From positions 96,001 to 160,000 of the forward strand of contig CAVSGI010000021.1 in NCBI GenBank assembly GCA_963727445.1: DNA of 64,000 nucleotides, in the 5' to 3' direction. The notes below the pieces were generated by a model. The model was not told where the DNA came from. It searched no databases and saw nothing but the letters and a program-made list of their open reading frames with translations. Origin of the DNA: an uncultured delta proteobacterium. Lineage in GTDB: Bacteria > Myxococcota_A > Polyangia > Polyangiales > B10-G4. The position numbers and the translations under genes were made by a program. Every line of letters begins with the position of its first letter. The first letter of the stretch is position 1. This document shows positions 1 through 12,684 of the stretch, piece by piece.

Positions 1-354
1 GACGCCTTTGAGGTGCATGGCGCGGCGTCCCCCCGTCCGGGTGACTTGCACGGAGGCCACGTCGGCGAAGCGGACGGTGAGGGGCTTGCGCACGACGCGC
101 GTCCACACGAAGCCCTCCGAGTAGAGGGTGATCTTCTGCCTCCAGCGCGTGTAGCTGTAGAAGAGCCAGAGCCCGGCGCACCCCACCACGAGCAGGAAGA
201 AGGGGATGTTGATCCAGTTGCCCGCCATGACCTCGTTGCCCATCCCGAGGATGCCGGAGACGAAGAGAATGCCGCCGACGTACCAACTGACGCCCCCCGC
301 GGCCAACCGCCCCTTGTGCTCGCTGATGATCGCTCCGAGCTCCGTGTTCGACAT
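1..354 (-). CDS. Hypothetical membrane protein, runs off the window start (3' part missing)
   Basis: Read by hand: ATG at 354 preceded by GGAGGAGG. Translates MSNTELGAIISEHKGRLAAGGVSWYVGGILFVSGILGMG...PFFLLVVGCAGLWLFYSY, two TM helices followed by a beta-rich domain. Third gene of a minus-strand operon. Confidence 0.7.
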   Translation of the reverse strand, partial: MSNTELGAIISEHKGRLAAGGVSWYVGGILFVSGILGMGNEVMAGNWINIPFFLLVVGCAGLWLFYSYTRWRQKITLYSEGFVWTRVVRKPLTVRFADVASVQVTRTGGRRAMHLKGV

Positions 355-383
355 GGTCGCCTCCTCCATCGGGTTCTCCTCTC

Positions 384-1166
384 TCACGCTCCGGAAATGA
401 CACTGATGATGACGAAGCCCAAGAGGCTCATGACGCAGGCGAGCCCGGCCCCCGCGACCGCGGCGATGCTCATTCGCTTTCGGAGCTTCGCGTGCGCCGT
501 CACGACCTGAGACGTCATCCCAGCGGCGCGCGCGCGATGGAGCTCGAGCTCGCGGTCGAGGTCCGCGGCATTGCGTCGGGCGAGCTCCGGCGTCACCAGG
601 TTCTGTGCGGTGCAGAAGCCGCACGTGACGAACGCCTTGCGGGCCACGCTCGGGAGATCGCCACCGCATCGCCGGCAGCGCACCGCGCCGTCTGGGGCGC
701 TCGGGGCGAACGCGAGGAGCGCGGGGGCGAGCTCTCTCTGATAGGCGCGGAGGGCCAGGAAGGACCCGAGCTGGACGCCGCACACGACCGCCAGGCCCAC
801 GAGCGGAGCGAAGGCGGCGGACAGGACGCTGCCCAGTGTGAGGTCCTCGCGCTCGGCGAGCTGGAGGCCGGCGACGAGGATCGGCAGGCCGGCGACGACG
901 GCCATGCCGGGCAGGACCATCGACTTCCACGCCTCGAGGGCGCGCGCAGCCGAGAGCGCGGGCGCCTCCACCGCCTGCTCCGTCCAGGCGATCTGCTGAA
1001 GGCGCTGGCGCAGAGCGCGCACCCGCTCGGCGGGCTCGGCGGGCAGCTTCTCCTCGCTCCCGCAGAAGGTGCAGACCATCTCGACCGACCCGTAGATCGC
1101 GCCCGCGTTCGTTTCGGACATGGGCGCGCCGCACCGGCGGCACGGGGTCGGTACGAGCTCGGTCAT
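384..1166 (-). CDS. Membrane protein with two zinc-ribbon (CxxC...CxxC) motifs
   Basis: CRRC..CTFC at the N-terminus and CRRC..CGFC after two TM helices, plus a C-terminal TM. Start overlaps the upstream stop (ATGA, 1163-1166). Confidence 0.75.
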   Translation of the reverse strand: MTELVPTPCRRCGAPMSETNAGAIYGSVEMVCTFCGSEEKLPAEPAERVRALRQRLQQIAWTEQAVEAPALSAARALEAWKSMVLPGMAVVAGLPILVAGLQLAEREDLTLGSVLSAAFAPLVGLAVVCGVQLGSFLALRAYQRELAPALLAFAPSAPDGAVRCRRCGGDLPSVARKAFVTCGFCTAQNLVTPELARRNAADLDRELELHRARAAGMTSQVVTAHAKLRKRMSIAAVAGAGLACVMSLLGFVIISVISGA

Positions 1167-1873
1167 GCCGCGCCGTGTGCGGCGGCAGCCTGCTCGATCG
1201 ACTGCGCCATCTGATCGAGGGCGAAGTAGATCTGGTCGGCGAGGGACATGCAGGTCAGGGTCTCCACCGAGAACAGGAAGGTCAGCTGATTGCCCTGGCC
1301 GAAGATGTGAACGTACTGGTGTGCCGCGAGGTTCGCGAGGGCCGGGGCGATCACCGGGCCGATGCGCGCATCGACCGTTCGCAGCACGTAACGCTGATCG
1401 AGCGTCGCATCCCCGAAGGGGACCGCCGGGGCCGAAACCTTCAGCTTCGGCGTCCCCACCCAGCTCGGCGGCGAGCGGAGCACGACCTCGAACTCGGGAA
1501 ACGGTGCACGGACCTCCACGCCGACGTGACCGTCGAAGTACGTGGTGATCGTCGTGCCCGAAAACTCCGCCTTCGCCTCCATTCGCTCGTAGTACCTGAC
1601 CTCGCCGTTGCGCCCGCTCGGATTGCCGGCGAGGCGGACCTTCGCCTCCTTCGTCTGGCCCGCGAGGATCTGGCTGTGCGCATACATGAGGTTCAGGTTC
1701 GGGTCTCCCTCCACGACGGACAAGCCGATGCGCTTGGCCATCTCCCCGGCGCGAGAGGCGGCGTTCTCGGCCTCCCCTTTGACCAAGGTGTGCTTCATCC
1801 GCGCGCGCATGAAGAAGAAGAGCGCGAGCGCGACGACAGGCATGATGTAGACGACGATTGGAATCTGACCCAT
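1163..1873 (-). CDS. Hypothetical protein with N-terminal membrane anchor
   Basis: 236-aa ORF, GGGGAGG RBS, N-terminal TM helix, high GC3. Confidence 0.75.
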   Translation of the reverse strand: MGQIPIVVYIMPVVALALFFFMRARMKHTLVKGEAENAASRAGEMAKRIGLSVVEGDPNLNLMYAHSQILAGQTKEAKVRLAGNPSGRNGEVRYYERMEAKAEFSGTTITTYFDGHVGVEVRAPFPEFEVVLRSPPSWVGTPKLKVSAPAVPFGDATLDQRYVLRTVDARIGPVIAPALANLAAHQYVHIFGQGNQLTFLFSVETLTCMSLADQIYFALDQMAQSIEQAAAAHGAA

Positions 1874-1893
1874 TGAACCTCCCCTGTGAGATT

Positions 1894-1909
1894 AGCGAGT
1901 TCCGTGCCG
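1894..1909 (-). promoter_or_regulatory. Possible sigma54 -24/-12 promoter
   Basis: Minus strand reads CGGCACGGAACTCGCT (GG-N10-GC, close to TGGCACG-N4-TTGCW) just upstream of the RBS of the 1873 gene. Confidence 0.3.
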
Positions 1910-1993
1910 AGCAAACGAAGGGTTTTCACGGCCGAGGACGAGCGCGCGCCTGCTCGATCGGGCAAGCTTTGCACGACCGGGCGGCCAACTCGT

Positions 1994-4051
1994 TCAGATC
2001 TCGCTGACGGGTTCGGGGATCGGCAACGTCGTCGCCTCGAGGTTCGCCTCATTGTCGCGATATGTGACGTCCCTCGTGAGATGGTCGAGGTCGAAGTCCG
2101 GGACCTGGACGCAGGCGCCGATGGTCGAGTCCCGAATCTCCCCATGGGTCAGGTTCAGGGTGCCGTCACGCGCGACCATCACACCACAGGTCTCCGATTG
2201 GCGGACCAGGAAGTCCGACACCTCGACATGTCCGCCGATGGCGGCGATGCCGTGGCCGTGAGGGGTCTCGCGGCAGAAGCCCGTGTCACACCGCGTCGAC
2301 ATGGTTTGCGACACGACCAGGTGCTCGAGAACGAGGCTGCCCGACAGCATCGCTGCGATGCTCAGCTCGCGGTTCCGTTGGGCGAGCACACGTTCGCCTC
2401 GAATGCTGGATCCCCCCTGCGCCACGATACCGCGTCCGAAGTCGCCGACCATCTGCCGAGGTCGTGTGTCGGTGACCGCGACGTCGGTGACGCTGATCAG
2501 AGTGTCCTCGTCGAGAGCCAAGAGCCCTACCTCCGACGCCTCCTCGACGATCGCTCGCTCCAGGGTCACGCTCGAGCCGAACTGTGCGGCGATGCCCCGA
2601 CCGAGAAGGCCGTCGCGGTTCCGGGGGCTGATGTCTCGCACGCGCAGGTCGGTCAGCGTGGCCTGCGCATCGTCGCTCGCGAGGACGCCGTGCACCACGG
2701 TGCGCTCGATGATGCCACGTGTGAGCTCGATGCGCGCGTTCGAAACCTGGACGCCCACCCCCTCGAACTCGGCGTCGTCGAAGGATCGAATGTCGCGGAT
2801 CACGACGTCCGACAGCGTCGCCGACCCATCGGTCGCCACGATGAGGCCGGCGTCGTCATCGTCTTCGATGCGCACCCGTGAACAGGAGAGGTGCGCCGCC
2901 TCGCGGACGACGATGGCCGCCGCGTTGCTCCCCGCGCCGCGGAGCGACTCGCGGATGATCAGGTCTTCTGCATCGACTTCCGTGCCCGCGCTCGCAGCGG
3001 CCACGCCGACGCGATTGCCCGACACCGACACCCGGCGCACGTCGAAGGATGCGCCGTTCAGAGCGTAGAGCCCGTACGCAAAATCGCTGGATGTGTAGGG
3101 CCGCGTGTCGCGCAGGAGCGTGTCGTGGATGTCGACCTCCGTCCCCTCACCCTCCGCGAACGCCGCGGCGTAGCGGTTCCTTTCGAGCACAGCCCGGCCG
3201 ATCTCCGCGTGCCCCCCGAGGATCCACACGCCCAGCCCGCTCGTCCCCGTGGCCACCTCTCGCGTGTCACGCACGACCAGCTCCTCAGCGTCGAGCTCTC
3301 CCGCGGCCAGGCCCACCCCGAAGACGGTGCTGCTCTCGATGATCACGCCGTGGAGTCTGAGCCCTCCCCCGGCGCGCTCGACCCTTACCGCCGATTGCGG
3401 CGTCCGCTGAAAGGAGACGTTTCGAAGGACGGCGAGCTCACCGCCGCTCGCGACCGTGACCACCGCCTGCGTCGGACCGTCCACGCCGGTGAGAATGGTC
3501 TCGGCTGCGCATGCACCGACGACCCGCACCCCGCCGCGAAGGGGAAGCGCTCCCTCGTAGCTCCCCTTGGCGAGAGCGACCGTCGTTCCGCTGGCCAGGC
3601 TCGCGAACGCCACATCCGACAGGGTCGGCAGAGGCGCGGACCTGGATCCATCTCCCCCCGGCGCCGCGCCGGCGCGCACGAAGATCACCGAGCCATCCGT
3701 AGGAAGCCCATCGGCGAACTCTCCGACCGGACACGGATCGCCAACTGGAGCACAGGCCGGATCGCCGACGAAGTGCGCCTGTCCGAACGGGCAGTCGGCG
3801 ACGCCCTCCTCCGGGAAGGGATCACAGTGAGAGGTCCCGTCTTCGGTGACCTCTCGCCACCCGCTAGGGCAGGGGGTCAGAACGGGAGGGGCGACGGGAG
3901 GGGCGCTTTCGTCGAGCCACGGAATGTCGACCTCGCTGCCGCCGTCCAGGTCGGCGTCGGGCGGCATCGCATCGGTCGGCACGGACGCATCACCGCAGGC
4001 CACGGCGACGAGCGCGAAGCCGATGCCGAGAACGTGACTGGCGCGCAGCAT
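1994..4051 (-). CDS. Lipoprotein with Cys-rich N-domain and right-handed parallel beta-helix repeats
   Basis: Lipobox LVAVAC. GDGSRSAPLPTL motif followed by repeated GxGxxxxxG/V.DT beta-helix rungs. Confidence 0.75.
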   Translation of the reverse strand: MLRASHVLGIGFALVAVACGDASVPTDAMPPDADLDGGSEVDIPWLDESAPPVAPPVLTPCPSGWREVTEDGTSHCDPFPEEGVADCPFGQAHFVGDPACAPVGDPCPVGEFADGLPTDGSVIFVRAGAAPGGDGSRSAPLPTLSDVAFASLASGTTVALAKGSYEGALPLRGGVRVVGACAAETILTGVDGPTQAVVTVASGGELAVLRNVSFQRTPQSAVRVERAGGGLRLHGVIIESSTVFGVGLAAGELDAEELVVRDTREVATGTSGLGVWILGGHAEIGRAVLERNRYAAAFAEGEGTEVDIHDTLLRDTRPYTSSDFAYGLYALNGASFDVRRVSVSGNRVGVAAASAGTEVDAEDLIIRESLRGAGSNAAAIVVREAAHLSCSRVRIEDDDDAGLIVATDGSATLSDVVIRDIRSFDDAEFEGVGVQVSNARIELTRGIIERTVVHGVLASDDAQATLTDLRVRDISPRNRDGLLGRGIAAQFGSSVTLERAIVEEASEVGLLALDEDTLISVTDVAVTDTRPRQMVGDFGRGIVAQGGSSIRGERVLAQRNRELSIAAMLSGSLVLEHLVVSQTMSTRCDTGFCRETPHGHGIAAIGGHVEVSDFLVRQSETCGVMVARDGTLNLTHGEIRDSTIGACVQVPDFDLDHLTRDVTYRDNEANLEATTLPIPEPVSEI

Positions 4052-4107
4052 CGCCCCCCCATCCTAAAGCAAGTTCGCTGCGATCCGATCGCGCGAGTTC
4101 CGGCTCC

Positions 4108-4380
4108 TCAGCCGCCCTGCTTGGTCGGCGGCGAGTGTTCGACGTCGAACCCGCCCGTGAGCTCGTCGAGGACCGTCAGGACACGCGCGACGTCGGCGCG
4201 CTCCCCGTCGGCCATGCCCTCCTCTTCGGCGACCGACATCTCGTTCTCGTCGTACGCCCAGCTCCTCAAGAGCGCGATCTTCTGATCCAGCGTCAGTGAC
4301 GCGTCATCCCGGATCTCCTCGGGCGACGAGAACATCTCGGAGGGAGACTGCATCGCTCGCTTCAAATCCACGTCGTCCAT
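4108..4380 (-). CDS. Small acidic conserved hypothetical protein (90 aa)
   Basis: Only the C-terminal part of the ORF-track 4108..4965 ORF looks protein-like (MDDVDLKRAMQSPSEMFSSPEEIRDD...LRSWAYDE...VAEEEGM). ATG at 4380. Confidence 0.7.
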   Translation of the reverse strand: MDDVDLKRAMQSPSEMFSSPEEIRDDASLTLDQKIALLRSWAYDENEMSVAEEEGMADGERADVARVLTVLDELTGGFDVEHSPPTKQGG

Positions 4381-4487
4381 CCGTCCTGCACGTAGCCCCC
4401 TGCGCGCGACTGTCCACCAATCGTCCGGTTTTCCTTCCGCCAGGGACCATCGTCGGGCCGCCCCAGCTCGGGTACACTGGGTGCTCG

Positions 4488-6704
4488 ATGCGCCGCGCAC
4501 TCTTGGTTCTCCTCGCAGTCCTGGTCGCGACGGCCTGCGATGGAGACGACGCGCCGACAGACGCGAGCGCCGACTCGTCCCGTGATGGCGGCCCCGACGG
4601 CACCACCCCGGATGCGGGCCGCGGGTTCGTGATCGCGCCTCCTGCCCCCGCCGCGCTCCCGGATCAGGCGCCCTGCCCCGAAGGGTGGGTCGAGTCGACC
4701 GACGAGGGGGTGACCGTCTGCCTGCCATGGGTGGACGGCACGCCGCCCAGCTGCACCGGCGCCACCTTCGCGCCACCCGGTGAAGCCAGCTGCGTCCCCG
4801 TCGGAGACCCGTGCCCGACCGGTGACTTCCCGGACGGCCCCGCTGGCCCGGAGGTCGTTCACGTCCGAGTCGGCGCCACTGGAGGCGACGGCAGTCGCGC
4901 GGCGCCCTACGGCACCCTCGCCGAGGTCGGCACGCTCGAGCCAGGCGCGGTGGTGCTTCTATCAAAGGGTACCCACGAGATCACCACCACCTTCTCCATC
5001 CCCGCCGACGTCACCGTCCGTGGCACGTGCACGGCGGAGACCATCGTGACCCGCACGGCCGGCGCGAGCTTCGCTTTCGCCGTCAGCGCCACGGGCGCGA
5101 TGCTCTCTGATCTCACGCTTCGCGATCTGCCGGGTATCGGGCTCACCGCCTTCTCCGGTGGGGAGGTCACGGTGGAGCGAGTCTTCATCGATGGCGCGAC
5201 ACAGGTGGGGCTCCGCGCACGAAGCGGCAGTACGGTCACCGCGCGTAGCGTCCTGATACGCGATGTTCGGGGCCGGCTCTCCGACGACGCCAACGGTTTC
5301 GGCATCGCCGCCAATGAGGGCGCGTCCATGTCGGTGGAGAGGGCAGTCCTCGAAGAGGCGCGACGGTCGGGGGTCCTGGTCACGGACGAGGGCTCACGCA
5401 TGAGCCTCGATCGCGTTGCGGTGCTCCACACCCTTGGGGCGGACGTGGATGGCGCCGGCGGCACAGGCATCCTCGCGTCGCTCGGGGCGGAGCTCACCGG
5501 TCGCGCGGTGGCGGTCGTCGACGCCTACTTCGCCGGGCTCGGAGCGCTCTCCGCTGGGACGGTTGCCGAGTGTGATCACTGTTTCATCTCGGGGGTCTCC
5601 CGACAGCGATCCAGCGGGGACTACGGCGACGCCGTCTCCGTGCTGGACGGAGCTTCACTGATGCTCACGCGAAGCGTCGTCGAGGCGGGCTACGGCCGCG
5701 GCGTATGGTCCGGTTACGAGCCGAGCGTCGCCACGCTCGCCGACTGCTTGGTCCGCGACATCGTCCCCGAGGAGGGCGGCGAGCAGGGCCGGGGCGTCCA
5801 CGCGTCCCGCGGCGGCAGGCTCACCGCACAGCGCCTGGCCATCCTTCGCACCGTCGGCCACGCCGTCTCCGCAACCAGCGCGAGCAGCTACGAAGTGCAG
5901 GACACGACGATCGTCGACGTGGCGCCGCGCGAGCTCGATGGCGCGTTCGGTCGAGGGTTCAGCGCGGTGGACGGGTCGAGCGCCAGCATCAGCCGCGCCA
6001 CAATCAACGGTCATCACGACATCGCGGTGATGGTGGCGGCCTCCGCCGACATGGTCGTGAGCGACCTCCTCGTCGGGCCGCCGGAGCCGGGGCTCAGCAC
6101 GGACGGTCGCGTAATTCAGGCGCAGGAGAGCGCCACGGGAACATTCAGCCGCATCGCGGCTTCCGGCTTCCGCTATGCGGCGGTGACCTGCGTCCAGGAC
6201 ACCACGTGCACCCTCTCGGACGTGTCCTTCCTGAACGGCTATCGAGAAGAGCTCACCTGGGCTCGCGGGCTTCTCACCCTCGACGCGACCGTCGATGTCG
6301 AGCGCATGGAGGTTGTCTCTCCGACTTCCCTGGGAATCGGGCTCCTGACGTCGAACGCCACGATCCGAGACGTGGAGATCGCCGACGTGGCCCGGTGTGA
6401 AGTCGATTGCACCTACGTCGGAGGCACGGGCGTCTTCGTGAATGGCGGGTCGGTGACCATCGACGGATTTGCCATCGACGGCGCCAGTCTCTGTGGCGTT
6501 CATCTGGCCGACATGGGGGAGCTCGACTTGAACGACGGAACGGTGAGCGGATCCCAGATCGGCGTGTGTGTCTTTTCCGAAGGCTACGACCTGATGCGCC
6601 TCTCCAGCGGGGTGGTCTTCTCCGACAATACGACCAACCTCGACACCCTCACGTTGCCCACGCCCTCGGTTTCCGATGCGCTCGGAACCGGCGGTGGTGA
6701 CTGA
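4488..6704 (+). CDS. Lipoprotein with parallel beta-helix repeats, paralog of 1994..4051
   Basis: Start MRRALLVLLAVLVATAC. Shares PCPxGW, CxPVGDPCPxGxFxDG, GDGSRxAP and the C-terminal NLxxxxLPxP with 1994..4051. Confidence 0.75.
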   Translation: MRRALLVLLAVLVATACDGDDAPTDASADSSRDGGPDGTTPDAGRGFVIAPPAPAALPDQAPCPEGWVESTDEGVTVCLPWVDGTPPSCTGATFAPPGEASCVPVGDPCPTGDFPDGPAGPEVVHVRVGATGGDGSRAAPYGTLAEVGTLEPGAVVLLSKGTHEITTTFSIPADVTVRGTCTAETIVTRTAGASFAFAVSATGAMLSDLTLRDLPGIGLTAFSGGEVTVERVFIDGATQVGLRARSGSTVTARSVLIRDVRGRLSDDANGFGIAANEGASMSVERAVLEEARRSGVLVTDEGSRMSLDRVAVLHTLGADVDGAGGTGILASLGAELTGRAVAVVDAYFAGLGALSAGTVAECDHCFISGVSRQRSSGDYGDAVSVLDGASLMLTRSVVEAGYGRGVWSGYEPSVATLADCLVRDIVPEEGGEQGRGVHASRGGRLTAQRLAILRTVGHAVSATSASSYEVQDTTIVDVAPRELDGAFGRGFSAVDGSSASISRATINGHHDIAVMVAASADMVVSDLLVGPPEPGLSTDGRVIQAQESATGTFSRIAASGFRYAAVTCVQDTTCTLSDVSFLNGYREELTWARGLLTLDATVDVERMEVVSPTSLGIGLLTSNATIRDVEIADVARCEVDCTYVGGTGVFVNGGSVTIDGFAIDGASLCGVHLADMGELDLNDGTVSGSQIGVCVFSEGYDLMRLSSGVVFSDNTTNLDTLTLPTPSVSDALGTGGGD

Positions 6705-6752
6705 GGTCGGTTCCGCGCTCACCTTCAGCGTCCCCAAACCGGGCACGTACGG

Positions 6753-7539
6753 TTGCGTTATCATGTGGTGGTGTGGGGGCGAATCGCATCAGCCGTGCTC
6801 TTGTCGGTGCTCGCCGGGTGCACGTCGAGCGGGCATCGAGTCGTCGTCGAGCTTCGCTCGGACTTTCGTCTGCGATGCGACGAACGGCTGTGTGTCCGCC
6901 GGCGGACCCGTCGACGCCGGGATGGACAGCGGTGACTCGATGATCGACTCGGGCCCCTCTCCATCCGGCCGCCGCTGGGTTTCGGTCGAGCCGACGACGC
7001 GACCCCTGCCGTCGCACGGCGGACGGATGGTCTACCGCGACGCGGATCACGCGGTATACCTCTACGGCGGATACCTCGAAGATGGAATGGCGGGCGACGC
7101 GCTCTGGCGCTACGCCGGCGGAGAATGGGAGGCGGTGTGCGATCCATGTCCGCCGGGGCGCCGGGTTGCACACGGACTCGCCTACGACGCGGCGCGTGAC
7201 CGCATCATCCTCGTGGGAGGCGTCGCCGCCGACCCGGCGAGCAGCACGCCGCTCGACGATACATGGGCCTACACCGACGCCGGCTGGGCGGAGCTGAGCC
7301 CGACGACCCGGCCGCCGGCAGTCTTCGGTGCACACGTCGCCTACGATCCGAACCGCGACGTGGTGGTGATGCTCGGGGGCGACGATGGAACGGACAGTCT
7401 CGACGAGACGTGGGAGCTTTCGGGCGACGAGTGGCAGAGGTCTGCGGCAACCTTTCCTTATGGCGTCGATGACGACGGCCAGAGCACCTTCTTCAATCCC
7501 GTGCGCGGCGAAGTCGGCTTCTATGGAGGTTGGGGTTGA
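6753..7539 (+). pseudogene. Frameshifted or truncated Kelch-repeat lipoprotein
   Basis: Signal peptide and lipobox (VLAGC) lie in the 6753 frame. The DAG linker and Kelch blades (YLYGG, ILVGG, VMLGG, FYGG) lie in the 6676 frame. The switch is at about 6864-6866, and the ORF stops in mid-blade. Confidence 0.55.
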
Positions 7540-10284
<2,745 letters not shown>

Positions 10285-10339
10285 TGGACAGCGCTGCGCG
10301 GTCATCGGTGGATCGATCGCCGCACCGGATGCTGCGGCG

Positions 10340-10636
10340 TCACCCTCCGTCGCCGCCGGCGGCATCCGCTCCCGCGTCGCCGCGGGGAGCGCCGCACATG
10401 CCACCGGCACATCCATTCGGCGGGCAGCAGGGGACGGTGCCGTCGCAGGTTTCACCGAGGGCGATGCACATCACGGCGCCGTCGCCCGCGCTGGCGTCGG
10501 CCGGGGCGCTGTCCCCGCTGGCGCTGTCCGCCGCCGCGCTGTCGGCGGATGCGTCGCTGGCGGTGGAGTCGTCGCCGCACGCGAAGAGAAGGGAGCTCGC
10601 AATGAGGATGGTGGCGAAAAAGCGATGGGTCGTCAT
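10340..10636 (-). CDS. Small Cys-rich lipoprotein
   Basis: LLFAC-GDD, Asp/Ala/Ser linker, 6-Cys knottin-like module CIALGETCDGTVPCCPPNGCAGGMC. Confidence 0.7.
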   Translation of the reverse strand: MTTHRFFATILIASSLLFACGDDSTASDASADSAAADSASGDSAPADASAGDGAVMCIALGETCDGTVPCCPPNGCAGGMCGAPRGDAGADAAGGDGG

Positions 10637-10780
10637 GGCGCGAGGGTATGCGTCTGAAGCCCGAGCGACGAAAAACTTCGCGGCGGACGGCTCGGGAGCG
10701 ATGGTCAGCTCGCGCCCACCGTGCGTCCCGCGGCGCCTTGCGGTTTGAATACGGGGCCCGGGTTGCGACGTCGATGCGTG

Positions 10781-11554
10781 ATGCGCTCGAAATCCATGGC
10801 TTCGTTCTCGATGGTGCTCGCGCTCCTCTGGGGGTGCTCCGACGCCGAAGGGCCGCCGGATGTGGCGGCCGATGCGGCCGCGGACTCGGCGGCGGACTCG
10901 ATGCCGCCCGTCGATTCCGCGACGCCCGACGGGGCCGCAGACTCGGCGGTGGCCGACGCCGCCGCCGACGGTGGCGGTGCGGATGCCGACGCATCGGCGA
11001 TGGACTCATCGGCGTTGGACTCGGCGGCGGTGGACTCGTCCGCCGCGGACACCAGCACCTGCGTTCCGCAATCCGCAGCGGCATTCTGCACGGCGGGCTC
11101 GGCCGAGTGCGGGAGCTACACGGGAACCGACAACTGCGGTCTGGCGCGAAGCGAGGACTGTGGGAGCTGCACCGGGCCCTTCACCTGCGGCGAGGGCGGC
11201 TCGACCGGGGCGAACGAGTGTGGATGCGCCGCGCCGCCGGCGATCACCGGCCTGACGGTCAACTGCGCGAGTGGCTCGGCGCGCATCTCCTTCACCGGCA
11301 CGACGACCATCTACAACTACGGCTTCTACGCCAGCTCGGCCGGCACGCCGCCGCCGTGCGCCGTCGGTTGGTCTTCGTACGTCGGCACCGCTGGCTTCAA
11401 CACGACGACGCTTCCTGGCGGACCGGGCCTGGGCGAGTGCGGGATGTACCGCATTTGCGCCTACGAGATGATGTGTGACACGGACTTCTCACCCGGGCGC
11501 TTGATCAACATGTGCGTATCGGCCGGCGGCACCGCCACCTGCTCGGTCATGTAG
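10781..11554 (+). CDS. Cys-rich lipoprotein
   Basis: LLWGC lipobox, DSAA linker, CGxxxGTDNCG..CGSC repeat of the myxobacterial type. Start inferred. Confidence 0.7.
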   Translation: MRSKSMASFSMVLALLWGCSDAEGPPDVAADAAADSAADSMPPVDSATPDGAADSAVADAAADGGGADADASAMDSSALDSAAVDSSAADTSTCVPQSAAAFCTAGSAECGSYTGTDNCGLARSEDCGSCTGPFTCGEGGSTGANECGCAAPPAITGLTVNCASGSARISFTGTTTIYNYGFYASSAGTPPPCAVGWSSYVGTAGFNTTTLPGGPGLGECGMYRICAYEMMCDTDFSPGRLINMCVSAGGTATCSVM

Positions 11555-11591
11555 GGAGACGAAGTCCGATTCGCTGGCCGAGTGCCCGCCG

Positions 11592-12617
11592 TCAGAGGCA
11601 GGGTGGCGTGAGCGCGATCGCGCAGCCGCGGGCGTCGCCGGTGTTGCCGCTCGAACAGCCGCGAACACCCTGGCAGGCGATGCCGTCGACTTCGCTGTCT
11701 CGCAAGGCCACGTGCCAGTTGCTGCCGCCACAGATCTGGAGATTGGTCAGCGTCGAGTCGCGGATGTCCTGGGCGGTCACGTTGCCCCAGTTGCTGCCGC
11801 TGACCTTCGCGTCCGTCAGATCGACCATGTCGTAGGTGCCCATGCCGACGACGTTGCTGAACGCGACGAAGGACTCACGCATGTTGGTGCGGCGAAACAC
11901 GTAAGTACCCGTGACGTTGCTGCCGCTCAGGAAGAAGCGCGTCATGTTCGCGTCGGTGAAGTCGAGGGTGCCGGTCCAGCTGGTCCCCACGACCTGCGCG
12001 CAGGTGAGGTCGGCACCGACGAAGCTGAAGGTCGTGACGAGAGCTCGCGACGTCACGCAGCCGCGCAGGTCGGCGCCGTCGAAATTCGTCCGCGAGCTCG
12101 AAGCATCGTTGAGCGCGGCGCAGTCGGCGGCCGCCGCCTCACAAGCGTCGCCAATCATGTCGCCGTCGGTGTCTTCCTGGCCGAGGTTCGGAACGCCGAC
12201 ACAGTTGTCGTCGACGTCGAGGACGGTGTCGCCGTCGCAGTCCGTCCACTCGGGCATGGTCGGGAAGGTCAGCGGGCAGTACATCGCCGGGCCGATGTCG
12301 ATGAGAAGGCTCGTGTCGACGGACGAATCGACGGACATCATCGTGTCCGCGCCGACTTCCACCGTCGCGTCGCCAGCATCGGGCCGGCCGCTGTCCATCG
12401 CCACCGACGTGTCCGCGGCGCCGTCCATCGAGGTGGAGGTATCGGATGCGCCGTCCGGTGAGACGGATGTGTCGCTGGCGCCGTCGATCGCGGCATCCAT
12501 GGCGCCGTCGACCGCGGCGTCCATGGCGCCATCGCCAGCCACGCCGGAGTCTGCCGGCTCATCACCGCCGCCGCACGCGATGAGGACCGAGAGCAGAGCC
12601 GAACATACCCGCCGCAT
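11592..12617 (-). CDS. Lipoprotein with thrombospondin type 3 repeat and pentapeptide-like repeats
   Basis: MRRVCSALLSVLIAC. DGDTVLDVDDNC..PNLGQEDTDGDMIGDAC (TSP3). FDGADL/FVGADL/FTDANM rungs. Confidence 0.75.
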   Translation of the reverse strand: MRRVCSALLSVLIACGGGDEPADSGVAGDGAMDAAVDGAMDAAIDGASDTSVSPDGASDTSTSMDGAADTSVAMDSGRPDAGDATVEVGADTMMSVDSSVDTSLLIDIGPAMYCPLTFPTMPEWTDCDGDTVLDVDDNCVGVPNLGQEDTDGDMIGDACEAAAADCAALNDASSSRTNFDGADLRGCVTSRALVTTFSFVGADLTCAQVVGTSWTGTLDFTDANMTRFFLSGSNVTGTYVFRRTNMRESFVAFSNVVGMGTYDMVDLTDAKVSGSNWGNVTAQDIRDSTLTNLQICGGSNWHVALRDSEVDGIACQGVRGCSSGNTGDARGCAIALTPPCL

Positions 12618-12684
12618 GAAGGAAGAATAGCAGACGTCTCGGCGCGAACACTTTCGCCGGGGGACGTACAATCGGAGGGCGCCC

